Shown: piece by piece, positions 44,308-52,165 of the stretch | How positions within the stretch are numbered: position 1 is the first letter of the stretch | How the letters are laid out: every line of letters starts with the position of its first letter | Virus record (IMG/VR): IMGVR_UViG_3300028840_002598 | Location: 1 to 52,628 of that record | DNA from: a virus | Lineage: Duplodnaviria; Caudoviricetes | DNA length: 52,628 nucleotides | Direction: 5' to 3' (one strand) | Program-made: the position numbers and the translations under genes | Notes under the pieces: generated by a model | What the model was told of the DNA's origin: nothing | What the model saw: only the letters and a program-made list of their open reading frames with translations | Databases searched by the model: none

Positions 44308-45703
44308 ACTAGACGCGCGCCTGGCCGATCTCCTCCGGCTCGAACACGCCGCGGAACCGCTGGCCGATTTCATTGGGCGCGTGAGTCCGCGCCTACCACC
44401 GCCGGCGCACCTCAAGCCGGCGATCGATCTGTTCGAGCGGACCCGGCGCGGACCGGTGCGCGCCGTCCTGGAGATGCCACCACGGCACGCCAAGACAACC
44501 ACGGCCATGCACGGGATCGCCTGGCGCCTCATGCTGGACCCGGCGCTGACTCACTGTTACGCCACCTACGCGGACGCCCTCAGCGTGTCCAAGTCCAGGA
44601 TCGCGAGGAACCACGCGCGCGGCGCCGGCGTCCAGCTCGCAAGGGACCAGCAAAACCTCCACGAATGGCGCACGGTGGAGGGCGGCGGATTTCTGGCCAC
44701 CGGCGTGGGCGGCCCGCTCACCGGCCAAGGCGTCACCGGCGTGGCGATCGTCGATGACCCCCTAAAGAACCGCAAGGAGGCCGAATCGGTGACGATTCGG
44801 GAGGCGATCTGGGACTGGTTCCGGGATGTCCTGTGGACCCGCCTAGAGGATGACGCCTCCGTGATCGTGATCCAAACCAGGTGGCACCCCCAGGACTTGA
44901 TCGGCAAGATCCTGGCCGAGGGCGTGGACGGCGTGGCATTCGAGCGCGTCCGGCTCCCCGCGATCTGTGAGGAGCCCGGCGATCTACTCGGGCGCGCCGT
45001 GGGCGATGCGCTGTGGCCGGAGCGCTACCCGGTGGAGAAGCTCGCGGAGATTCGCTCGCTCCTCGGGGCCTATGGCTGGTCCTCGCTGTATCAGCAACGG
45101 CCGCGGCCACGCGGCGATCAACTGTTTTACGAGCCCGGCCGGTTCGATCTTGAGGATTTCAAGCTGGACGGCCATCGCGTGATCATCGTATGCGACCCGG
45201 CCGCCACCGAATCCACCCGGGCGGATTTTTCCGCCGTCCTGGTCCTGGCGGCCAAGGGGTGGGGCGCGGATATGCGCGTGTGGGTGATCGATCACTTCCA
45301 CAAGCAAACCACCGTTCCCAAGCTGGTGCGGCGCCTGGGGCAATTCCAGCGCCTATGGTATGGCGTCCCGATCGGCGTGGAGGCCGTGGGCGGGTTCAAG
45401 GCGATCCCGGACATGCTCAAGGAACACGATCCCCAGCTCCGGCTCCTGGACATCAAGCCGGTGGGCGACAAGTTCACCCGGGCACAGCCGGCCAGCTCCG
45501 CGTGGAATGAGGGCCGGATCCTGATTCCGCGCGATCGTCCATGGGCCGCCGGACTGATCCAGGAGTGCCAGGACTTCACCGGCGTGAAAGATGACCATGA
45601 CGATCAGGTGGATTGCCTAGCACACGGGTTCAACGTACTATTCGCGGCGAAGCAACCACGGCGGCGCCGGGTTAGGCGCGCCACACACGCGCCATTCGGC
45701 TAG
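44291..45703 (+). CDS. terL: Terminase large subunit
   Basis: MPPRHAKT Walker A, IVDDP Walker B, IQTRWH, YQQRP, CDPA and HDDQVD nuclease motifs. Confidence 0.95.
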   Translation: MEWTAELDARLADLLRLEHAAEPLADFIGRVSPRLPPPAHLKPAIDLFERTRRGPVRAVLEMPPRHAKTTTAMHGIAWRLMLDPALTHCYATYADALSVSKSRIARNHARGAGVQLARDQQNLHEWRTVEGGGFLATGVGGPLTGQGVTGVAIVDDPLKNRKEAESVTIREAIWDWFRDVLWTRLEDDASVIVIQTRWHPQDLIGKILAEGVDGVAFERVRLPAICEEPGDLLGRAVGDALWPERYPVEKLAEIRSLLGAYGWSSLYQQRPRPRGDQLFYEPGRFDLEDFKLDGHRVIIVCDPAATESTRADFSAVLVLAAKGWGADMRVWVIDHFHKQTTVPKLVRRLGQFQRLWYGVPIGVEAVGGFKAIPDMLKEHDPQLRLLDIKPVGDKFTRAQPASSAWNEGRILIPRDRPWAAGLIQECQDFTGVKDDHDDQVDCLAHGFNVLFAAKQPRRRRVRRATHAPFG

Positions 45704-45714
45704 CGGAGGACATC

Positions 45715-46032
45715 ATGGGAAAAGGCACTTTCGGAGAATTCACGGACCTGACCGCGGTTGATCAGTCCGATCCCGTCGACGTTTCGCACCTCGAAACCGT
45801 CTATGTGGTGGGGTTCGGCACGTTCGTGGGGACCTGGGAGCTACAGTTCACCATGGACGATCTGGGCGGGACTCCCAACTGGCACACGCACCCGACGATC
45901 ACCGGCAAAACCGGGCCGTTCAACGGGGAGCTGGGATTCCGCGCCCGCGGCGTCCGCCTCGCCTGTACCGCTTTCACCTCGGGCACGATCGAGGGCCGGT
46001 ATTCCGGCAACGATGAGGACGCCAAGGGCTAG
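45715..46032 (+). CDS. Small beta-rich virion protein (paralog of 1756-2049)
   Basis: GGAGG RBS; FGTFVGTW, TGKTGP, RLACTAFTSGTIE. Confidence 0.8.
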   Translation: MGKGTFGEFTDLTAVDQSDPVDVSHLETVYVVGFGTFVGTWELQFTMDDLGGTPNWHTHPTITGKTGPFNGELGFRARGVRLACTAFTSGTIEGRYSGNDEDAKG

Positions 46033-46299
46033 GCGTCCCGCGCTACCACGGTAAAAGCCTTGCCATTCGCGCGGCCCGTGTGCATCCTGTGGGCGATGCA
46101 CCGGGCCGCGCCATGTTCTCCCCCTCCCTGGATAGGTGGTTCCTCCACCAGCGTGATCGCGCCGCTTACTATGAGTTGAGCGCGCGCCTCGAACACCTCC
46201 TGGCCACCGCCAGGCGCATACCGGTTCGATGCCCCCCGCCGTCCTGGCCCTGGACGTTCCCCGATCCGCTCCGTGTGGCGCGTGTGATAGGGTTCCCCT

Positions 46300-46557
46300 A
46301 TGGCTCGCCGCAAGCGCCAGGCCCCCGAGGTGCATCACCTCGCGGATCCTCCCCCCAGCCGAACTAGATCCCCCCGCCGTGCGCCAGCGCCACCCGCCAG
46401 CCCCCCAGCGGTGGCGCCGGCGCCGGCCCCACCTCCGGCGCAACCGGAGCCCGTGGAGCGCGAGGACCCGGCACCGGCCAAGCCAGCGCCCAAGCGCAAG
46501 GCGCCAGTTCCCAAGCGCAAGCGGAGGCCCAAGGCGAAAAACGGAGGCGGATCGTAA
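46300..46557 (+). CDS. Pro/Lys/Arg-rich disordered protein
   Basis: 85 aa; TAATG-coupled to the next small ORF. Confidence 0.5.
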   Translation: MARRKRQAPEVHHLADPPPSRTRSPRRAPAPPASPPAVAPAPAPPPAQPEPVEREDPAPAKPAPKRKAPVPKRKRRPKAKNGGGS

Positions 46558-46661
46558 TGGGATGCACACCGAAGCGCGGCGGCCGCAAGTCGCCACCGAA
46601 GCCCAAGCGCGGCCCCAAGAAACCCAAGGCACCAGCTCCCAAGCGCAAGCGCGGGAAGTGA
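46557..46661 (+). CDS. 34-aa protamine/H1-like basic peptide
   Basis: GGAGG at 46543; MGCTPKRGGRKSPPKPKRGPKKPKAPAPKRKRGK; 15 K/R and no acidic residue; below the ORF-track cutoff. Confidence 0.6.
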   Translation: MGCTPKRGGRKSPPKPKRGPKKPKAPAPKRKRGK

Positions 46662-46713
46662 TCGCACACGGATCACCAAGATCCACACAGGATCGCGAGA
46701 TCCTCTAAGGATC
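46660..46713. repeat. Array of six GATC sites at about 10-bp spacing
   Basis: GATC at 46660, 46671, 46680, 46691, 46699 and 46710. Confidence 0.8.
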
Positions 46714-46729
46714 TCAGGAGGCACAAGCG

Positions 46730-48544
46730 ATGGCCCTCGAAACGCAGGTCGACCACGAATTGAAAGGGCTCCGCAAGGTGGCCGAACGGGCGGACGAAAT
46801 CACCGGCGCCAAGTACAGCGGGCGCGGGTCGCTCATGGACGGGCTCCTGGAGGCGTCCCCCGAGGAGCGCGCGGTGGCCTGGAAACACTTTCAGCGCCGG
46901 CACCCAGACTATGACGCGGAATATTGGGCGGAATGCCGCGCCCTCTATGCCGGCGGAAAGCGCCTCCTCCGCGACCCGGAGCTAATGGAGCGCCTGTTCC
47001 CTCCGCACAACGCTGAGGACGCCTCCGTCTATGAGGAGCGGAAGCGCCGCGCGTTTTACCTGGCCTACCCGGGGACGATCATCGATAACCTGGTGAGCGG
47101 ACTCGGGGCGGATCCGGTGCGCGTCACGGGCGCGGACGCCGGCGAGGATGAAACCAAGCTCCCTGACTGGTACACGGACGGGGACACCGGGTTCCTGGAG
47201 AACGTGGCGCCCAAGGGCGGCAAGCGCCAGGGATTCGCCCAGCTCCTCCTGGACACCGTGCGCGAGGCCATGATCTCCGGCCGCGGGTGGATCCTGATCG
47301 ATCTCCCACAAACGCCGGACGAATACGTCCCGGAGTCCAAGCTGGACCAGGAGCGCGCGGGACTCCTCGATCCCTACCTGATCGGAGTTGAGCCGGAATA
47401 CGTGATCGACTGGCAAGTGGACAGCAACGGGGAGCTGGAGTGGGCGCTGGTTTGCGATTCGGAAGTCCGGCGAAACTCGCTCACCGAGGAGCGGAACACG
47501 ATCCGAAAAACGTTCACGTGGTACGACCGCGCCGGGTGGACATCGTGGCGGATCGAATACAGAAAAGGCGAGCGCCCTGGCGACGATCAGCCGGTGCCGT
47601 TCCTCGGTGAGGGCTCGCACCCGTTCGGCAAGGTGCCGTTGATCCCGTTCCTCCTCCCCGAGGGACTCCACGCCATGGGCAAGCTGGAATCCCTGGCGCG
47701 CGAACATTTCAATAAACGGTGCGCGGTGAGCTGGGCGGAATTCAAGTCCCTGTTCGCCATGCTTTATGAATTCCTGGCACCGGAGGACGGCATCGCCTCG
47801 ATCTCCAGCGATGCCCAGCAAGATCCGGATCGCGCCGTGTCCCAAGTGCGAGGCCCTGGCCACGTCCAAGAGCGCGGCCATGAGGACCGCGCCGAATTCG
47901 TGGGGCCACCCGTCGATCCGTTCGTGGCCGGGCGCGAGTCCTGTCAGGAGATCATGCGGGAAATGCACCGGGTCATGTATTCGATGGCCCTCAGCGTGGA
48001 CATGAACAGCGCGGCCGTGCGGCGCTCCGGCGAGTCCAAGGCGCAGGACCGCGCCGTGGCCGCCGTGATCCTCAAGGAACTGGGCCGCCTCCTCCGGGAC
48101 CTGGTGCGCCTCCTCATGGAGCTGGTGGCCATCGCGCGCGGTGACGGGCAAACGTTCCGCGTGTCCGGCCTGGACAGTTTCGACGCCGTCGACGTCACCG
48201 CGGCGATCACCGAGGCCGTGGAATTCCTCAACGGCGTGCCCCAGAAGTCCGCCACGTTCAAGCGGGCGTTCCTATATCGCCTGTACAAGCTGATCCTGGG
48301 GGACGAATTGACGGAGGAGGAGCTGGCGACGATCCGCAAGGAACTGGAGGAAATGATCACCATGGAGGAGGCCCTCCTGGAGGACTCCATGGCCTTGATG
48401 GCTCGCGGCGCCGCGGCCGCCGGCGAGGATGGCGAGGACGATCAGGAGGAGGAGGACGGCGAGGAGGACGCGGAGGAGGAGCGCAAGGCGCGCAAGGCCG
48501 CCGCGGACGGAAAGCCGGTTCGATACTCCACGTTCTCCAAATAG
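46730..48544 (+). CDS. Portal protein
   Basis: 604 aa; HP.Y..W, Y..RK.RA, GRGWILID, VIDW, HPFGKVP, RSGESK; between terL and MuF. Confidence 0.9.
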   Translation: MALETQVDHELKGLRKVAERADEITGAKYSGRGSLMDGLLEASPEERAVAWKHFQRRHPDYDAEYWAECRALYAGGKRLLRDPELMERLFPPHNAEDASVYEERKRRAFYLAYPGTIIDNLVSGLGADPVRVTGADAGEDETKLPDWYTDGDTGFLENVAPKGGKRQGFAQLLLDTVREAMISGRGWILIDLPQTPDEYVPESKLDQERAGLLDPYLIGVEPEYVIDWQVDSNGELEWALVCDSEVRRNSLTEERNTIRKTFTWYDRAGWTSWRIEYRKGERPGDDQPVPFLGEGSHPFGKVPLIPFLLPEGLHAMGKLESLAREHFNKRCAVSWAEFKSLFAMLYEFLAPEDGIASISSDAQQDPDRAVSQVRGPGHVQERGHEDRAEFVGPPVDPFVAGRESCQEIMREMHRVMYSMALSVDMNSAAVRRSGESKAQDRAVAAVILKELGRLLRDLVRLLMELVAIARGDGQTFRVSGLDSFDAVDVTAAITEAVEFLNGVPQKSATFKRAFLYRLYKLILGDELTEEELATIRKELEEMITMEEALLEDSMALMARGAAAAGEDGEDDQEEEDGEEDAEEERKARKAAADGKPVRYSTFSK

Positions 48545-48547
48545 CTC

Positions 48548-50962
48548 ATGGCCGATCCGCACACCACCGGCGCGCCGTTCGTGCCCCCCGGGCACTATCG
48601 GCCACCCGGGCGGGATGCGCCGCTGTTCCCCGCCATGGGAAAAAGCGCGCGCGTCCAGCGAATGCTGGAACAGATCGCGGGCGAGGTTGCCGGGCTCGAG
48701 CCCGCTGTGATGCGAAAGCTCCTCCCCGTGTTCATGGAGGCGCGATCGGAATTGCGGAGCGCGCTCACCGAATGGCTCAAGGGCAAGGACGGCGCCGCGC
48801 GTTTCACCGCGCAACAATACCGGCGCGCCCTGGTGAACCTGGAGGGAGCCCTCCGCACCATGGCGAAACTCGATCCGGCAATGCGCGCCGCGCTTGAGGA
48901 CGGCGGGAACGTTGCCGGCCACCTCGCGGCGGAACACCTCGAATTTGAGCTGGCCCGGTTTGCCTCCGCGTTCGGTGAAACGATCCGGCCGATCCAGATC
49001 CAAACGGCGGCCATCATGGCCAAGGGCGATCGCTTCCTGATCCCCAGGTATCGAACCAGCGCGGCCCGCTACGCTGGCAACGTCATGGAGGACATTGGAC
49101 ACCAGCTCTCCGTGGGCGTGGCGCGTGGCGAAACATACACCCAGATGACGAACAGGCTCCGGCGCCTCGGAGGGCCTCGCGGCCTGGTGGCGCTCCGTGG
49201 AGTCCGCGGCGAACCCGGGGCCGTGGTGGAGGAGATCACGGAGGGCCTGTTCCGGCGCTATCGCAACTGGGGGGAGCGCGTGGTCCGCACGGAAATGCAG
49301 AACGCATACAACGTCCACGCGGACAACGGGATCGACGAATTGAACCAGATCGCACGCGAGCCCAAGGAGGCCCGGTTCCTCAAGCGCTGGGATGCGAGCG
49401 CGGACAAGCGCTTGTGTCACGTGTGCCGCGGCCTCGATCGCCAGGCCGTGCCCCAGGACGGCAAGTTCCACAGCGAGCTGGGCGAGCATGACCGGCCGCC
49501 GGCGCACCCGAATTGCCGGTGTATCATTTCGCCGTGGCTCAAGCGCTGGGGGAACGTCAAGCGGCCCGAGGAGCCCACGCCGATCTATCCGGGCAAGGAG
49601 GGCAAGGCGGCCAAGCCGAAGCGGCCCAAGGCCAAGCCGAAGCGCGCCAAGGCACCGGCCAAGCCGAAGCGCAAGGAGTTGACGGGCGCCCAGAAAGTCC
49701 GCGAACTGGAGAAGCTATCCGATCAGCGGGACACGCTGGCGGCCCGCGTGCGGGATCCTGGTGGAACCGAGGACATCCGGCGCGAGATCAAGGGCGTGGC
49801 CGCGGCGGCGAAAAAGGGAAAGATCCCGTTCGATACCTACCTGGAACGCTTGCGCGGCCTCAACGCCAAGCTGGACGCGGCGATCAAGGTGCAACCGGAG
49901 CCCGCGGACCTGTTCAAGCTGGACGCCATCAAGGAGGACATCTCCGCGCTACGCGCCACCGTGCGGCCCCAGGAGTGGCTGGACGCCCTGGTGGACGCCG
50001 GGACGGCCGGCAAGCAAGGCAAGTGGAAGCGCGCACGCCTGGCGCTGGAGGGCCACCTGGAGGCGAGCGAGGGGATCACCAGACAAGCCCACGAATGGGA
50101 TCACTCCGTGGCGCTCGCCAAGAACCACCGCTCCCTGGGGACTCACTACTGGAACGGCAAGATCAAGATCCGGACCGCGCAAGCCGAACACGGCAAGAAA
50201 TACCTGGACGCCTGGAAAGCGGACCCCAAGGCGGTGGAGGCCGTGGCCCGCGACTATGAGGCGAAGCGCCTGGCGATCCCCAGGCTCGAACGCGATCGCG
50301 ATCGGTTCCTGGCGCGCATGGATAAGGTGGAGGCCAAGATCACGGACATGAGCGCGGACATGGAGCGCGCTCGCGAGGCCAAGGACTGGGACAAGGTGGC
50401 CAAGCTCCGCAAGCGCCGCAACCTCCTCCGGGATGGCTGGGAGGAAATGGACCAGAAACTCCAGGCCACGTTCCGCGAGATCGACTCCACCCGCGGCGCG
50501 CTCCGAAAGCACGCCGGCGCGGAGCTGGCCAGGGACGTGGAGGGTTTGTCGACCGTGGTCCATGAGGTTGTCCACGGCACCGGCCCCAACTTTCGATACT
50601 CGGGGATCGGCGTGGCGTTGGAGGAGGTGACAACGGAGGCCACCGCGCGCCTATACCTCCAGCGAAATTTCGCCCTCCAGCGCGGCCTCGCCACCCGCGG
50701 CGTGTCTTATGACTGGTTCTTTGAGGAACAGATCAAGGCCATCCGTGAGGCTTACGGCGTCACGGAGCGGGTGGCCTGGGACATGCTGGAGTCCGCCTCG
50801 CTCAAGTTCAAGCGCGTGGCCTCCAGCTCCACCATGATGTCCGCGGAGGACGCCGCGGATCTGTTCGTGCGCCAGTTCAAGGACGGGGCGAAGCACAAGG
50901 AAGCGCTGATCCAGGGCCTCCGTGAGGGAATGAAACGACAACCCAGTTACCTGGCACAGTGA
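48548..50962 (+). CDS. MuF/SPP1 gp7-like minor head protein with C-terminal HExxH metallopeptidase-like extension
   Basis: RVVRTE..AYN, KRW..D.R.C..C..LD, PPAHPNCRC; then HEVVH (50561-50575) and LEEVTTE. Confidence 0.85.
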   Translation: MADPHTTGAPFVPPGHYRPPGRDAPLFPAMGKSARVQRMLEQIAGEVAGLEPAVMRKLLPVFMEARSELRSALTEWLKGKDGAARFTAQQYRRALVNLEGALRTMAKLDPAMRAALEDGGNVAGHLAAEHLEFELARFASAFGETIRPIQIQTAAIMAKGDRFLIPRYRTSAARYAGNVMEDIGHQLSVGVARGETYTQMTNRLRRLGGPRGLVALRGVRGEPGAVVEEITEGLFRRYRNWGERVVRTEMQNAYNVHADNGIDELNQIAREPKEARFLKRWDASADKRLCHVCRGLDRQAVPQDGKFHSELGEHDRPPAHPNCRCIISPWLKRWGNVKRPEEPTPIYPGKEGKAAKPKRPKAKPKRAKAPAKPKRKELTGAQKVRELEKLSDQRDTLAARVRDPGGTEDIRREIKGVAAAAKKGKIPFDTYLERLRGLNAKLDAAIKVQPEPADLFKLDAIKEDISALRATVRPQEWLDALVDAGTAGKQGKWKRARLALEGHLEASEGITRQAHEWDHSVALAKNHRSLGTHYWNGKIKIRTAQAEHGKKYLDAWKADPKAVEAVARDYEAKRLAIPRLERDRDRFLARMDKVEAKITDMSADMERAREAKDWDKVAKLRKRRNLLRDGWEEMDQKLQATFREIDSTRGALRKHAGAELARDVEGLSTVVHEVVHGTGPNFRYSGIGVALEEVTTEATARLYLQRNFALQRGLATRGVSYDWFFEEQIKAIREAYGVTERVAWDMLESASLKFKRVASSSTMMSAEDAADLFVRQFKDGAKHKEALIQGLREGMKRQPSYLAQ

Positions 50963-50976
50963 GTTAGGATGCGCCG

Positions 50977-51174
50977 ATGACACAGGAGATCACGTTGCTG
51001 GACTTGCCACGCAACGATTTCGCGGCCGCGCGCCGCTACTATGAGGCCAAGGGCAAGCGGATCAGCGCGGAGGAGTTTCGCGTCCTGATCCTCCTCCAGG
51101 ACGATCCGGACGAATTCGAGGAGCGGACGGCCGGGTGGAACGTGATCCAGAAACCCGAACCGGAGATCCCATAG
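50977..51174 (+). CDS. Small acidic protein, candidate immunity protein
   Basis: Between MuF and scaffold; the true start may be in-frame TTG 50995, six nt after GACACAGGAG. Confidence 0.55.
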   Translation: MTQEITLLDLPRNDFAAARRYYEAKGKRISAEEFRVLILLQDDPDEFEERTAGWNVIQKPEPEIP

Positions 51175-51183
51175 GAGGGAACC

Positions 51184-52011
51184 ATGGCACTTTTCAAGGA
51201 CTGGACGAAACCACAGGCGCCGCGTAGCGGCCTGATCTGTTCCGCGGACAATGACGGCGACGGCGGTGGAGGCGGTGGTGGAGGCGGTGGTGGAGGCGGC
51301 GATGACACGATCTCGCAAAGCACGCGAGATCTGATCATGCGAACCGTAAACGCGGCCGTTACCTCCCAGCTCGGACGCAAGCTCCCCGAGGCCATCAAGG
51401 ACGGCATGGGCGAGGCGCTGTCCCCACTCCAGGACCAGCTCAAGGCGATCGCGGAGGGCAAGGGCGGCGGCACAAGCGGCGGCACAGGAGGCGGCGGCGA
51501 GGCCGGCAAGCGCGGCGGTGATCCCCAGGTGGGCGAGCTACAGAACCAGGTAAAAGCGCTCACCGCCCAGATCCAGAACGAAAAGGAAGCGCGCAAGTCC
51601 GAGGCGGAAAAGCACGCGGCCGCGGCCCTGGACGCCGATCTCCGCAACGCCCTGGCCAAGGCCGGCGTTCGCCAGGAGCTAATGGACGGCGCCGTGGCAA
51701 CGATCAAGGGCAACGTGACGCGCGGCGATGACGGCGGCACGATCTGGCGAATGCAACGCCAGGGCTACCATGAGGATCTCCAGCTCGCGGACGGGATCAA
51801 GGAGTGGCTGGGAACGGACACCGGCAAGGCGTATCAGGCCCCCGTGGACGTGTCCGGCTCCGGCCAGAAGCCCGGCGCCGGCGGTGGACCACGGCCAGGA
51901 GGCACGCCTCCAGACCCGGCCACACAAAAGCTGGAGGGAAAGAAAAAGGCGCTGGACACGTTGAGCGGACAAATCAAGGACATGCTGTCCGCCGGCACCG
52001 TGGAGCTGTAA
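51184..52011 (+). CDS. Capsid scaffolding protein
   Basis: Gly-rich linkers, coiled coil, C-terminal GSG; directly before the capsid gene; AGGAGG RBS. Confidence 0.75.
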   Translation: MALFKDWTKPQAPRSGLICSADNDGDGGGGGGGGGGGGGDDTISQSTRDLIMRTVNAAVTSQLGRKLPEAIKDGMGEALSPLQDQLKAIAEGKGGGTSGGTGGGGEAGKRGGDPQVGELQNQVKALTAQIQNEKEARKSEAEKHAAAALDADLRNALAKAGVRQELMDGAVATIKGNVTRGDDGGTIWRMQRQGYHEDLQLADGIKEWLGTDTGKAYQAPVDVSGSGQKPGAGGGPRPGGTPPDPATQKLEGKKKALDTLSGQIKDMLSAGTVEL

Positions 52012-52165
52012 CGTGGTAACGGCCGCGCCGTTTCGCATACTTGACGCGCGCGGGTTTTCGCGCGAGGCTACAGACACGGCCGGGGGGATCTCCGGGACGC
52101 ACACCGGGCGCGGGTGGGACGGCGCGAGGCACGAACCCTAGCGCTCCCAGCAAGGAGATCCAAAC
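52010..52165 (+). promoter_or_regulatory. Structured capsid-gene leader
   Basis: AACGTGGTAACG, TTGACG at 52041, and GGATCTCC (52086-52093) complementary to the SD-containing GGAGATCC (52154-52161). Confidence 0.45.

Noticed and set aside
46060-46367. Promoter TTGCCA-N17-CATCCT and ORF 46080/46113-46367
   Set aside because: Weak -10, no clear RBS, and overlap with 46300-46557; possible but not supportable
815-50988. CRISPR array or integron attC array from the recurring motifs
   Set aside because: Copies are short, dispersed and irregularly spaced; no cas or integron integrase
51262-51300. 3x12-bp tandem repeat encoding poly-Gly
   Set aside because: Ordinary in-frame flexible linker in the scaffold protein
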